A stretch of DNA of 60,040 bases, counting the filler, from Sphacelaria rigidula (taxonomy: Eukaryota): NCBI GenBank assembly GCA_964200075.2. It is 8 parts of 8 records of this genome, joined end to end, with 100 filler letters (N's around TTAATTAATTAA, not from the genome) between each part and the next. Parts side by side here need not be neighbours in the genome. Positions count along the whole stretch, not along the records: positions 45,107 to 52,523 come from CAXNAA020015021.1; positions 52,624 to 60,040 come from CAXNAA020015022.1; 6 more parts are not named here. One strand, 5' to 3'. The notes beneath the pieces were generated by a model that saw only the letters and a program-made list of their open reading frames with translations, did no database searches and was not told where the DNA came from. The translations under genes were made by a program, and so were the position numbers. The number at the start of each line of letters is the position of its first letter. Position 1 is the first letter of the stretch. Positions 47,269-60,040 of the stretch are shown here, one piece after another.

Positions 47269-50200
47269 ATGGACGGATTTGGAGGCTTCGTGTTCAAGGC
47301 TGAAGCCGCTGCCGCAACCCCTGCTCGCGCAGCGAAGAAGGGTGTCAGCAGCGGCGACGCCACGACTCAGATATTGGGAGACAGATCCTCTCGCGAAAAC
47401 GTGAAGCCCGCCAACAACAGCAATAGCAGTGGTGGCAACGGCAACGCCCCGTCCACGCCCATGGCAGCTGGGCCCCTGCGCTGTGGTGCAGCGCGTGCGA
47501 GAACAGGGCGGGCGACGTGTCCAAGCAGCCAGAAGGCCTACATCCAGGTCTGTCTCTATATTAAAGTGACGAACAGCTGCTACATGCAAGGATGTACCGC
47601 TGTCTGAGTCGTTTGGCCGCTGGTTGCTATCTGTACTAGAAGTGCAACACAGTAGTCAGTAGGGTCTGTTGGTGGAGCGGCGAGGTAGCGACATGCTTTA
47701 CTCCAAATAGCGGTGCGCGAGAGCCAGGCGTGCTTCCCAAGAGAAGAAACACAGCAGTGCAGCATGCACCACTCCCTTACATACCATGTAATCATGTCGA
47801 TGATACGTCGGGGGGGGGTGGGCACGGTCGCAAATCCTTCTGCATTGTCTGTGCTGTCTTGTGAAACAAGGCAGGCATGAGACACACAACTAAAGCAGAC
47901 GCTGTACATGCGGGAATCCTCGCAGCACAGTCAGTACATGCCTTCCGCATACAGGTACCATGTGTGGTAACCACGGTACAATCTACGCAGGCATGCGACC
48001 CAACCGCAGGTAGGGCTAGAGATTATTCTCCTACATATTCACGACCACGGCATATTCGTGACCACGGCTTGGTCCCTCCGGGATCAGTTGATGTGCGACG
48101 ACCGAAATCAAATCAATTAAGCCATTCGTCTTCAGCCGGTCGCCCAGGTGGGTCAGGTGGTGACCTCGAAACCATCTTGCGCTTGTGTCGTGATCTGGGA
48201 TTTTTTTATCACACTATGCCCAACAGTGGAGAGCAACTATGTCGCGGGTACATGAAATTTGACTTCACGGTAGAAGAGGGGAAGGGACCCCTGAACCCCT
48301 CACGCGATAAAAATAAGGCAAGCACCGCAGAAGGAAGGCGAAGTACTAATAACAGAACAAGAAGCAAGAACTCCCGTGCTGGCAGTCCTCTTATGTGACC
48401 CCGGCTGATGCGGCCATGTATACTGAGAAGTGTAGACTGGCGTCCAGAATAGATGCGACGACAACACACACGAGCAAACACACACACGCACACATTCATC
48501 CTTCACTCGCTCGAACGAAACGCTCAGGCGGCGAATTGCAAGACGACGGGCTTGGGCCTGTACCCAGCCACACCCATCGCAGGACCGCCGCCACATTCGC
48601 GCGGCGGCGTGGGGCAGGCGGCGGCCGCCAGCCAGCTGATCTTTCGGAATCGCGAACTGCAAAACACAAACGAAGAGCTAGAGGGCATCCTACGCACCTC
48701 CGAGAAGGAGAAGACTCAGCTGAAGCAAAGGCTTCGCGACGTGGAAGCTCAAGTCGCCGCGCAGAGTGAAACTGCGAACGCCCTGAGGGCGGCGGCGGCG
48801 TCCGCGGCAGCCCTTGCTACGGCGGAGACCGATAAAGTAAAACGCGCTCTCGAAGCTCAGATCACGGAGCTGCGAGAGCGTCACGAGACTGACCTTGCCG
48901 CCGCTAAGGTCCGGGTGGAAGCGGCCGAGGCCGCGACCTCGCGCGCGTCGTCGGAGGCCCATGCCGCGCGATTGGCCGCTGCAAGTGCGCAGGAAACGGC
49001 CGAAGCGGCAGCGGCAGCACTGAAGATTGGAGAAGCCACGGCCAAGAAGGCGGAGGCGATCGCCAAGTCGCGGGAAGCAGAAATCAAGAACGCAGCAGAC
49101 GCTGCCGTCGAGACAGCAACGGCTTCCGCGACGAGTGCGTCCGTCGAGTTGAGCAATGCAAAAGCTGCGCTAGTCAAGGCACAGACTGCGGAAGCCAGAG
49201 CAAAAACTTCGACCGCCAAGTCTCAGGAAAGGAATGTGGCTATCCGCAACAGGCTGGCGACCATCGTGGAGCGAGTTCGGGGTGCGACGGCTCCCGGGCA
49301 AGGCGTCTCTTCCATCAGCGGGAGGAAGAGAGGTCGTGGAGCCTCCAGAGGGATTGTTATGGGGAAGCAGGTCGGGGGTCAAGGGGCAGAGAGTGATGGC
49401 GCCAACAGGTCTATGTTCTTGGAGGAGCTATGCGATCTTATATCCTTCGGAACCGGGCGTGAGCTACCCGTAGATGTTCTCGAGAGATTTTTGTCGAAGG
49501 CACCTTCCGCTTGTCCTGCTTTGCCAGCTGAAGAAGAGAAGTGCGCTCCGTCAGATGATGCTGAAGCTGAGGTGGGACCAGCGATGGTCGCGGGGGGCAG
49601 TAATATGATGGTGACGCCCGAGCCAGCGGCTCTGGCTCCCTCGGTCAACGTGTCGTCACGTTCGAAGAGTCGCAGGAAGAGGACCGGAGTTACAGTACTT
49701 GCAGCTGGCGCGGACGGTGAGGCGCACGACGCGGAAGCAGAAAGAGAGACGAAGAGGCTTCAGCGTGGGCTCGATGCATTCCCTGATGCACAATCTCAGG
49801 CCGTATCAGCTTGTCAGGAGGCGCAAGTGTCTGCGCAGCCAGAGGGGGGCAAGCCGCAGGAGGTGGCGACCCCAGCTCCGCAGCAACAGCAGCGATCAGA
49901 GGGCCGAAAGAAAGTTGTGAAGAAGCAACAAGCCAGCTGTCGGCCGTGCACAACCTCCGACGAAGGACATGACAAACCACCGCCGATGCAACAGCGGCGG
50001 CGGCAACAACAACTACAGCAGCATGTGCCAGGTGCCGCAAGCTCTCCCAAAAAATCGACCGACACCACTCTCCCCGCATTATCGCTTGTGGACGAAGCAT
50101 GCAACAGCTACGATGACGGTAGGAATGATCGTGGTGATGCAGTGTCAGAACCACTCGCAGCTGCCGCTGGTGCTGCCGACACCTCGTCTTCAGCGACCCG

Positions 50201-52419
50201 CAGTCACCCTACCGCACCTGAAGCGCCATCAGCTTCCGGGGAACATGAGGATGAAGTCGGGATCGAGGAAGTGCCCATGCCCGTTGGGGGGGGCGATTCT
50301 GACTTCGACTTGTTCGGCGGTGGCGCTGTTGCTACGCCGGTGAAGGAAGGCGCCGGGACGTGGGCAAAGGGTGTTTGCGGCGGGAGCCCGCGTGTTTTTG
50401 CCGAAGCAGCGGCGGTGACGGCGGAAGCAGTGGAGGCAGAGGTGCATGCGTGCGCCCCGGAAATTGCGGAGTTTACGGACACCGCGGAGGCTGCGTTCGA
50501 GCCGCTTGTGTCGTTTGTGGTCGGAGAGCAAGAGTTGGGGAATGCGAGTACAGCCCCAGAGTCGGAGGGAGAGGTTACCGCCGCCTCGAAGCGTGCCAGG
50601 AGGGAGAAGAAGAAAAAGGACACGGCGAAAAGCACAAGGCGTCGGAGCTTGAGGTACGGTCCGGCTTCGTCAATGGGTTTTGGGGGGCAGGGGTAAGATT
50701 CAGGTCGCGTACGTGTATGTTGCACGTCCACCATGCACATCCGCTGTGGAACGCATAAGTGTGTGTCATTCACAGAGTTTTCGTCCTATTGCACAGTTCA
50801 TGTGTCACCACTGACTCCAATGGTATAATGTGGCATTCGGTCTTGTGTGCCCTTGCGTTGCGATGGGCAGCACATCCTGCGGTAAATACAAATCATACAC
50901 ACCAAGAGCGGCACGTGGCGCGCGAGGATCATCGACAAATTCGTGTTGACCTCCCTCTACCCCTCGCATGTACCACACAGTACGATGCATTTACCCAATG
51001 TTTTAGCTCACGTTGTCAACATGCACGTGGCGCTTTTGATCTTAAGACAAATGGAGAGGAGTGCCATCCTGTTCCGGGAACGACAGCAAAGGGAGGAACA
51101 AGAACAAGAAAATGCGGCTGGAGGAGCAGCGGCACTGCTGAACTCGGGCGCCGAGGCAGCGATCGAAAACAGCACCAACGACACCACCACCACCACCACC
51201 ACCACCAACGACACTAGCGATGATCTACTCATACCGGACAGGACCACTTTCGGGGCAAACCATTCCGTCGTTGCCGCCGCCAACAAAGGCACCGCTGCGT
51301 TTGTGGACACCGCGATGATCTCCCCCGACACCAGTATCAGCACTGCCAAAAAGAAAGACTCCGGTCCTGCAAGGGCCTTTGCGAGCCCATCGAGGCGGTC
51401 TCCCCGACGTCACGGGAGCTGCGGCGGCTCCGCCGCCGACCCCGCCGCTATTTCGGCGATTCCCTTCCGGACACTCGGTGAGAAGGGGCACAACGGTGTG
51501 CTCGAGGATGATGTGGCGGGCGTACGCAGCAAAGAAGAAGGCCCATCTCGAACGGGCGTTGCGGCCGCTCGCGAGAGTGAGGGGGGGGTGCTTGGTAATG
51601 ACGGTCGGGGATGTGGTGGTGGACAGACGGCAGCGGCGGAGGCGGAGGAAGCCGTGGTATTGCCGTTCGGGCGCGAGGAGATAGCCGGAGTGACGATGAC
51701 CCCGGCCGATATTGAGCGTGTCGCGAAAGAGCTGTTTGAGGACGTGTACACACCCGGCGGTGCGCTGGCCGGGGTTCTTGCGATGGCGTGGATTTTGGCA
51801 GAGAAGGTACATAAATAAACCAAACGCTAGAAATATGGGCCTTCTGTTATTTGTTTCTGGTATGTGCGCTTGTCTGTGTATTGTAGGAATGTACGGTGTT
51901 TTGTGAAAAAAAAATGGCAGTTGTCGTGTTCGATGTCGTGGGGTTACGATTGGTGGCATCATTCACGTGAAGTTGGATGTGCTCACCGTTGGTACCGAAT
52001 ATTTTATATGTCCAGTGTTTTGCACCTCTTGTTCGTAATATCGGAGTTGAGTCTGCCGTATTCTTGTACGGTTCTACTGTGGAGACGTGGGTGTGCGCAG
52101 CCGTACCGCGCTATTGTCGCTGCTGCTGATGCTGCTGTTGCTGCTGTTACTACTGCCGCCGCTGCTGCTATTGTCAACCCCCCATTGCATCTGATTTTCG
52201 CCGTGGGCATCCTGACGATGACGAAACAGTTCGGCACGTGCGGCACCGTCCCAGCAACGGAAGCGGCCATCACCGGGGAAAGCGGGAACGCCACACGTCG
52301 GCTCCGATCACTGCTCTCGGCGTTCGTTCGAGCAGAGTCCAGCGCGATAAGGCACGGATCGGATGGTGCAATGGTCGAGGTAGCTGGCACCCAGCCGCAA
52401 GCCAAGAAGAAGGGAAAAT
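47269..52419 (+). CDS. Multi-exon gene for a coiled-coil / low-complexity protein of unknown function, 3'-incomplete; predicted exons 47269-47547, 48528-50653, 51047-51806, 52230-52419
   Basis: Phase-compatible GT-AG junctions: CAG|GTCTGT..CTCAG|GCG (0), AG|GTACGG..TTAAG|A (2; alternative donor at 50693), AAG|GTACAT..AACAG|TTC (0), T|GTGAGT. Long open exon 2 with an Ala/Glu/Lys heptad-like region and basic patches (GRKRGR, KSRRKR, RREKKKK). Confidence 0.75.
48246..48492 (-). repeat. Dispersed repeat family, copy 4 (intronic)
   Basis: Homologous to 6350-6575; lies in predicted intron 1. Confidence 0.75.
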
Positions 52420-52523
52420 GTGAGTCATTCGTCTGCCCTTGGATCTGATTTAGGGGGGGGGGGGGGGGGGGGGGGTCGTCTTTTGTTGCTTGCCTTCGTG
52501 GGGGGACACTGGACCCCCCCCCC

Positions 52524-52623
52524 NNNNNNNNNNNNNNNNNNNNNNNNNNNNNNNNNNNNNNNNNNNNTTAATTAATTAANNNNNNNNNNNNNNNNNNNNN
52601 NNNNNNNNNNNNNNNNNNNNNNN
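52524..52623. other. Artificial contig linker
   Basis: N44-TTAATTAATTAA-N44. Confidence 0.98.
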
Positions 52624-52979
52624 GTTCAAAAAAAATAAAAAAAGACCCCCAAGCGTTGTCTCCCCCGGTAACAACAAAAAAGCCCCGCCCCCCCCCCCCC
52701 CCCCCCCAGGGAAAGTCAGGGCACGCAGAGAATGCCAGAGCACACTCCGCTTATTCCGTTATAGCTACGTCGGGTACGTGAGTACACCACTTGGTCGCGT
52801 GCGCCGTATATCGTCACACGATCACGTCCCCGGTTGACTCACACATTTTGCTCGTTTTTCGCGACTTGTACCTTCGTTTTGTCCGGTGTACTACGAAAAT
52901 GCACGACGGCCCCGTCGACGTCAACCCATCCAACCACCGAAAATATATAATGAACAAATGTCTTGTTCTGGTGGATGAC

Positions 52980-53300
52980 GCGGATCGTTCTCGTCACCAC
53001 GAAGCAGCAGTGGCAGTGAAAGTGACAGTAGCAGCAGCGGCAGCAGTAGCAGCGGCGGAAGCAGCAGCGGGAGCAGCAGTGATAGCGGAAGCAGTAGCAG
53101 CAGCAGCAACGCCAGCAGCTCAGACAGCGAATCGGAAAGCGAGCGCGACGCCAGAACACGCAAAAAGAGTCGCTCGGGAGGGGGAGGGGGGCGCGCCATC
53201 GCCAGGAAAAAGTCGAGTAGGAGATGACTTGAATCATCCCGATTGGAGGATGCACTCTGGCACATGGCTGAATCTTGACATTTGGGCTCATGATACTGCC
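52980..53300 (+). CDS. Possible exon with a Ser-rich (or Ala-rich) low-complexity tract
   Basis: AGC/GCA-rich tract, then a basic stretch and ..DDLNHPDWRMHSGTWLNLDIWAHDTA|GTGAGT donor; frame ambiguous across a G run at ~53176-53191. Confidence 0.35.
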
Positions 53301-53930
53301 GTGAGTAAATGTTTGTAATTCAAAATATGGCGTGAGACCAGTCTGGTGAAAACATGCCCTCTTGGAGCACGGAACTCGTTGCTGAAGACGTGCTGTGTTA
53401 CGGAACGGTGTTGAGCAAATTTCCGGGCCTGATATGGCGCACAGCACCTGAGATATCGTCGGGCCATTTTTGTTCGATTTGGCCACGAAAAATATCGCCG
53501 TTCGTGGCATCCGTAAGATGACGGGGTCGAGGGGCGAGGACGGGTGCGGGGTTACTGATCTGTAGCTCCCGGCGATGAAGCACCCCGCGGTTGCGGGCGT
53601 TTTTAGTACGGGAGTTGTAGGGAGTGCCCAGATTGCCGCGGTCGGCACGCAGTTCATCTATCTGATGTTGGAGAAGTCCGACATGAAATGTTCCAGTTCT
53701 GCCTCGTGAACGAACGGCCTTCGTCCAATGTGTAGGGGGGCGGGGGGGGAAGGCTTTGCCCTATACCCCCGCCATGCCCTTCTCCGATGAAGTGCCCAGT
53801 GAAATATGGCGGGCAACGCCGATGTATTGGGAGTGGAGATGGGATAGGGGTTAAGTTATAGCTGCAAGCCCATGGTGGCGTTTTTGTTGAAAAAACCTTT
53901 TCTGCCCCACAAAGGCCCAATACAAATTAC

Positions 53931-54130
53931 CAAGGGCAGGTCGAGTAGAGTATACTCAATTGCGGGGTATTTTAAAAGTCGTACATACGCAAGTCGGGGG
54001 TAGGGTTTTAGGGATCGCTTTCCAGTTATTTTTTGGGTACGACTCCCAACACTCTACCCTAATTTGAGTACCTCAAGCACGTCTTTCAAAATACCCCGCA
54101 ATTGAATATACTCCACTCGACCTGCCCTTG
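53931..54130. mobile_element. 200-bp hAT-like MITE
   Basis: ~50-bp TIRs CAAGGGCAGGTCGAGT..AATTGCGGGGTATTTT; 8-bp TSD CAAATTAC / CAAACTAC. Confidence 0.88.
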
Positions 54131-55096
54131 CAAACTACGCCGAGCGTTTACAACGGGACATGCGTAAAAGCCGCGCAAAAACTCTTTTCTCTTGATTTTG
54201 TTGGCGATACCCTCAGCTAGGACTTTGTGCCGGGCCGTAAGCGGTGTTGAAATCGCTTGTCAGCGGATGTTCGCTGCCAGGATCGTTGAACGATCAAGCA
54301 CTTCCGGAGAAAGCAGGCGGGTATAACCGTTGTTCAAGGATGGAGAATACACCTAACAAATTTTATCACACGCACTCTGATTTGTATCAGCGACGGTACA
54401 AGCAAATATGCTGCTTCATGAGCCGGGGCCGCCCCAGCGCCTCACGTGTGCAATAATTAAAGTGTAAATCGAGATCGGGTTACGCTGAAGGAACACATAT
54501 GACGCTCCGCCTGGCCATTTCCGACTGTACGTTCGACGGGTAGCCGGCGAGCATGTCCTGAAACTCGGAAAATATTTCGCCGTTGATTTCGCAACGCTTT
54601 CAAGAAAACTAGGCTTTCGTGCATGACTGCAAGAGTTCGTTGCTCGGTGGCTGTGTTTGAAGGCTGCGTTGTTAGCGAGAACCTCAAAACACGTACAATA
54701 CTTTCAGTGGGTGAAGAGCATGGTGAAAATCCGACGATTCCACCATTATTTTCTCCGGTAGTACACTGGAGTTTTTGTCACGTGAAATCCAAATGTGTCT
54801 GTCCGTCTGTCCGACCCGTCCACTTCTCAGACCTGACCCTAGCCACTTTTTCAATATTTTCGGATGTCCTCACCTCTGGTGGTGTGCGACCCCCGTGCGG
54901 CAACGACTACCGACGATCATCACGCGAACGCTCGGTCCGGGTCGAATCCCGCCTCCTGGGGTGGCGTGCGTGTCGATTTATCATTTTTGACTGGACACGT
55001 CTAGCCGTGGGGGGTGTTGTTTGAATAATACACGTCTCTCCCCACGTCCAGCATACAGAACACGGACTACCGACTCCGCGGTGGATATGCGCTGCA

Positions 55097-55554
55097 GCTA
55101 TTAAGACGGGATCTTAAAAATTGAGGATTCATCTTTTATTGGGGATAAGAAACCCGGAGAATTAAAATCTTCGTATCCATACGAAATCTTCGAAATATGG
55201 CTCCATCTCTTCACCTATTGATAGCTATTGACAACTGCTACACGCCATACAAATTTGAATTTCGATCACCGAAATGTTGGGGTCCTAGGTGAAAAACCAA
55301 TTTTGGGGAATTTTACGTGTCCGAACGGACGTGAAAATCGTTCCGAAATTTGTTTTTCACCGAGGACCCAAAAAATTTCGGTGATCGAAATTCAAATTTC
55401 TATGGCGTGTAGTGGTTGTCAATAGCTATCATTAGGTGAAGAGATGGCATCATATTTCGAAGATTTGGTGTGGATACTAAGATTTTATTTCTCCGGGTTT
55501 CTCATCCCCAATAAAAGATCTATCCCTAATTCGTAAAATCCCGTGTTTATTAGC
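55097..55554. repeat. ~458-bp imperfect palindrome (foldback element), almost loopless
   Basis: Arms pair throughout, e.g. CCATCTCTTCACCTA.TGATAGCTATTGACAAC..CTACACGCCATA.AAATTTGAATTTCGATCACCGAAAT and its reverse complement; centre near 55324. Confidence 0.9.
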
Positions 55555-56024
55555 GTGTTTTGATGAGGTCACCGCCAAGCATGGTATGCTTCTTCAAGTT
55601 CAAGTTCGTTACGACTAGAAGAGTGGGATGCCCTACATAGTGCTGTACGTGCCAAGTAATCTCACCGACACTAGTGCGGCAACCGGCACTGTGCAGCTTG
55701 GCCCCGATTAGGCCGTTACCAACACTGATGAGGGTAAACGAGTTATAGAGTGCAGTACCTCAGATAATGGGTCAATAAAAGACGGATTAGGGTTTGGTGA
55801 TGACGGAGGGACATCGGCAACATAACGTAGGTTCGTGACTGAACGCAGTGTACAAGAGCGTTGTTCTAGAGGTTTCAGGGTGAACTACCAAAATTTTCTC
55901 CACAGCGATTTCTCATGCCGGTTTTTCGAGTTGGACCCCGAAATTTTGCGCACGGGTGCTCGGAGATACTTATTTAATGGTAAAGTTTAACGTGCGGTGG
56001 GCGGGTTTTTGTCGAAATCGGCGC

Positions 56025-56152
56025 CGCCGATTTGAGATCTCGCAACGCACACTTTGCCCAGGGAACACTTTGCACCCCCCTTGCCCGAGGGTTCTCGGTA
56101 TGCCTTCGTTGGTGTCAGGGTTAGGGTTAGGATCAGGGTCAGGGTTAGAGTT
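56025..56152 (-). repeat. Telomere-like-repeat module shared with 46125-46245
   Basis: GCAACGCACACTTTGCC.AGGGAACACT.TGCACCCCC.TTGCCCGAGGGTTCTCGGTATGCCTT followed by (GGGTTA/GGGTCA)n. Confidence 0.85.
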
Positions 56153-56984
56153 ATTCGAAATCATAAACTTCGGAGAATTTTTCAGCCCTACCAAGTGGTA
56201 GATTAACCTCCAAGACGCACACGTGGTCTGACGACGAGGACTGCCGAGGGGGTGTTGATCTCCGTGATTCCACCGGGCTCGAGGCACGACAGAGCCCCAG
56301 CAGCTTTGGAATGAGCCGAGTAACTGATATATTTGTGAGGTCAGTGTCGAACCTGCAGTTCCTGAAAATTCTCGATGTCATGCATACGGTAATAGAAACC
56401 CAGCCAACCGTAGGCTGCAAACACATACTACCTTGAGGGTGCACGGCAAGGTGCTCTAGGGTACGAATATGTGTTCTTGAAGGCATTGTCGTCATGATCC
56501 GCCTGTGTGGTCATGATCCAGCGGCTACCTCCGCATCCTGCCCCTCGTCCGGCAGTTGATACAACGTTCATTAGAGTTCCTCTGTCTACCATAGAGAGTA
56601 AATTCGGATAGAGGAGGCTTTTCTGTGTCTCACTTCAGCTGAAAACGTAGTTACTTCGAAATGGGGCACCCTATATCGATCTGGTGATCTGGGTTTGCTA
56701 CCTCTGAAAAAGAAGAAACGATATCTTTTCGCGGTGACATGCTATACACAAACCGCTATGGGTCTCCGGATATCGATAAGCACGGCGCATGCGGCAGGCT
56801 CGGGCCACGAGATTCCCCGTGCTCGTTGGCGCACCGTCAGATATAGGCGGAACGTTCGATTCAGCGTCGTGAAAAGGTGTCTGCACGTCAAACGTAGGGT
56901 TAGCAATTTTTCGTAAAGTCGCAGTTTCGTATTTTATCGTGTAACCAGCTGGTTGGTTGGTGTTTGTGATTTGTGGTGAGGTGC

Positions 56985-57615
56985 AGATCCGATTTTGGAA
57001 ATGTGCCCGTTGAATTCATGCCTTGACACCCAGCCACACCGATTACGACGAGAGCTGACAACATGAACGGTTACGCACCCGAATGTCGTGAGCTTCATGA
57101 TTCCCCTTCTGGTACATTCTATCCCTCCTACATAAAAGGCACCTGGGGCACAGAACCGCAGACATAGCTCTAGCAGGGCCATACGCAGTATGGTGACAAC
57201 GTTATACGGTACATCCCCGGCACCGGCACATGCGGCACCCTACAAACCAGTATAAATCAACACAGTACAGGCAGTGCTAAGCTGGGAATGGGCGAAGCCT
57301 GAAACTCCGCGGCGAGTCGATACCCTTATACGGCTGGGTACGATGGGTCATCGTTCTCTCCCAAGTCCTCATCTATCATCGTCTGAGCACTTGATGTTTT
57401 GTAGAGACGTGGAGATCCGACTTTGAATGTGCCTTGATCGCACGTCTTGACGCCTCGCTTCACCACATGCGAAAGTGCATCGTACAGTCACGCGTCCGAC
57501 CGTCCCGAGTTTTCTTCTTCTCCACATCGTCCGGTTGCATCGAACGGCCCCATGATGAAGAGATCTACCTGGGGCACAGAACCACGGATACAGCTCTGCA
57601 ATAGCCATGCGTGGT
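56985..57615 (+). repeat. Diverged direct duplication (~430-bp period)
   Basis: AGATCCGA.TTTG..ATGTGCC at ~56985 and ~57413; ACCTGGGGCACAGAACC at ~57141 and ~57567. Confidence 0.55.
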
Positions 57616-60040
57616 TTGCAAACAGCGGAGTGCACTACAGCACAACACAGTGCAGTATAGTGCAGTGCAGTATAGTGCAGTGCAGTCAATACAGCCCAGT
57701 CCGGTTCGGTGGGGTACAGTTGTGCTGTAGTTCGGCACCGCAACAAACCCGCCGCAAAGCGATATCCTCACACGGTTGGGTATGATGAAGCATTATTGTG
57801 TTTTCCAAGTCCTGATCGTCTGATATATGCGCCGAAAACCGGGCCTTCTATCCCGATGACGTTCGCAAACTGTCCCTAACCTTGATGAGCATACGCTTCA
57901 CGTCTTGACGTGCAGGATAAATACTAATGTACGACACGCACTATGCTTGAAACGCTTTCGCCGCGTGCTCTCCGTCGTATCCGTGGTCAGCGTCTATCCG
58001 CCCCAGCCAAACGATTATTTATGGTGAAGGCGCCGGAGATTTTGAAAGCTGCAAGCGGTGTCTCCGTTGTACCCCCCTGCCCCCCTACCTATCTCTTTGT
58101 GAATGAGGCCCATCAGAACCAGCATCGGCTGTAGCGTACATGGCACCAAGACGTGGCATGCTGCAGAAGAAGAGTGAAGAAAACATACGCACGATCTCGC
58201 CGAAAAGCATACCACAGCCGTTTTCAGTGACAGGCCTTATTGGAAACTTGTACGCCCTTTTGTCCACATATGCGAATGACCTCTTCGTGTTGAGTGTGAC
58301 AATCTAAACGACAGCCCTTGGGTCAAGGAGGGTACGGCGAGACCGAAGTACTCCTCTCCAAACACACCGCAGTGTCATCATCCCATTTTCTCCATTGTCC
58401 GCGTGTCATCCCGCATTTTGACGCGGATGTACGGTGAATGGCACCCCGGACAATGTCGATGTTGTCATTAGACAAACAAAACACGCCTCCCTGTTTGTTT
58501 CTATTCGTGAGCACGGGAGACTTCACAGCGCCCAACTCTTGTAGTACCACAACAACACCAGCAACGCCTTGGTTGAGCTACAAGGTGGACGCGACGAAAT
58601 CGAGATATCCAAAGCAAGTAGGTGTTGACGCGCACGGGGGGCTGTGGGGGAAGTAAGCTTTCAGTCATCGTGGGGCGGTGCAGACATCGAAAAGAAACAA
58701 GTTGCTGGCACGCACTATTTTTGGAACCGTGAGCGGGGTGAAATTTCAGGTAAGTAAGGTAAGGCTTGGTTTTGAACTATATATAAAACTTACAGCCAAT
58801 CCATCGGCTGGCGGGGGCGAGTGAAGGATATCCAGGCGGGTGTCTGTAATTCTCCCTTCCGCACGCGACTCTAGGTTGCCGGGGTGTCATATATTGTCTT
58901 GCTCGGACTTTCTTGGCTGTGTGTTTGTAGTGGTGTGATCTGCAAACGTGGAACCTTATTATAAACTACAAAGTACAGTATACATACCACTCGCACACCG
59001 GGCGAGGTACGCTGCCTCGCGACGACGAGATACGCACATAATGTGCGCGCCGAGTAAGGTGCCGCCGAGAGGCTCACCCGTCGGTAATATGGATGTGTGT
59101 CTGTGTGTGCCTGCCTTCTTTTTCATGGCAAGGAACCTGGGTTTTTTTCTCCGCTTCGATTCAGTCAGAGCAATGTCACTATGATATATGTGGCCTTGTG
59201 TGAATGACGCACGCTACTTGTGAGCAGCTCGATACCTTCAAGGAACACGGGGAATATCATATTCCAAGGAAAATTGAGTGTCGATACTGTCTTCGTCGAC
59301 ATATTGTACGGCCATATGACATCGTTCGAGAAAGTACAGTATAGAAAACACCCAGGCGTTCCTGTCACCGAGTATTTTCGTCACCATTTTTCAAAGCGCC
59401 GTTTCCAGTGAGATTTTTCAACCATTTCCAGTAAGATGTGGGAGTTGTCACTGCAAGCGAGGAGATCAGGGGATATTTCCACAGATTTTGAATCTTTACC
59501 CATGTCGTCGAAAAAGCGGACTGTAGGACGGATGAAAAAATCGTAGGAAACAGGCTGTCTACTGTACCTAACACGCCTTCCATCACACACACTGTAGCTA
59601 GTCATACATGCAGTGCATAATGTATGAAGTACAGCTGTACACTGAATAGCACGAACAGGAGCAGTACGATACAGCCGGTGCCGCTGCGCAATGGTACAGA
59701 CAGCACACACAGCTGCGGAAAGTAGCTGTACATTACATGCATGTATGCACAAACGAGAGCCGTACACTACTGTATAAAACACTAGATGCAGTACAGCCGC
59801 ACAGACAGAGCACTGCACAGTAATGCACATACGTGCAAGTACTGAAATATGCCGTAAAGACGGTCCCGAGAGGAGAATAGTTTTGTCTTGGTACTTTTGT
59901 AATAGTATTGTCTGGTGTTATCGCTGGCACTGACTTGATGGACCGAATATATATGTCTCAACATGAATTCTCAGTGATATTCCTTTTCAATATTATGGAG
60001 GCGGTATTTTTGGAGATTAGGCCTCCCAACACAGTACACC

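Noticed and set aside
48453-48527. ORF-track start of the 747-aa ORF
   Set aside because: It begins inside an intronic repeat; a phase-compatible acceptor at 48527 fits better.
7463-52579. TTAATTAATTAA every ~7.5 kb as a biological periodic repeat
   Set aside because: Always embedded in 44+44 Ns; a synthetic six-frame-stop linker.

Overview
Eukaryotic nuclear DNA, most likely from a brown alga (Phaeophyceae). This is inferred from EsV-1-7 repeat genes, a brown-algal-type Cys-rich secreted module, GT-AG introns and TTAGGG-like repeats. The window is not one locus. It holds eight contigs of 7418/7417 bp, size-sorted and joined by artificial 100-bp N44-TTAATTAATTAA-N44 linkers, so adjacency across linkers means nothing. 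Contents: a decayed Ty3/gypsy element lacking its RT core (contig 1); a degenerate RTE-like LINE (contig 5); many SINE, MITE and foldback elements, some nested or carrying telomere-like repeats; a pseudogenised secreted-protein gene with a symmetric Cys-rich exon (contig 6); and a partial multi-exon coiled-coil gene (contig 7). The most interesting feature is a pair of paralogous genes (contigs 3 and 4) with intronless arrays of 38-aa EsV-1-7 C-x4-C-x16-C-x2-H repeats. The scaffold is conserved, but one or two residues per repeat are hypervariable, and the divergent tail keeps a basic NLS-like patch and two SUMO-consensus motifs. This suggests, but does not show, a TALE/ZNF-like modular nucleic-acid-reading family. 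All calls were made by eye; no searches were run.
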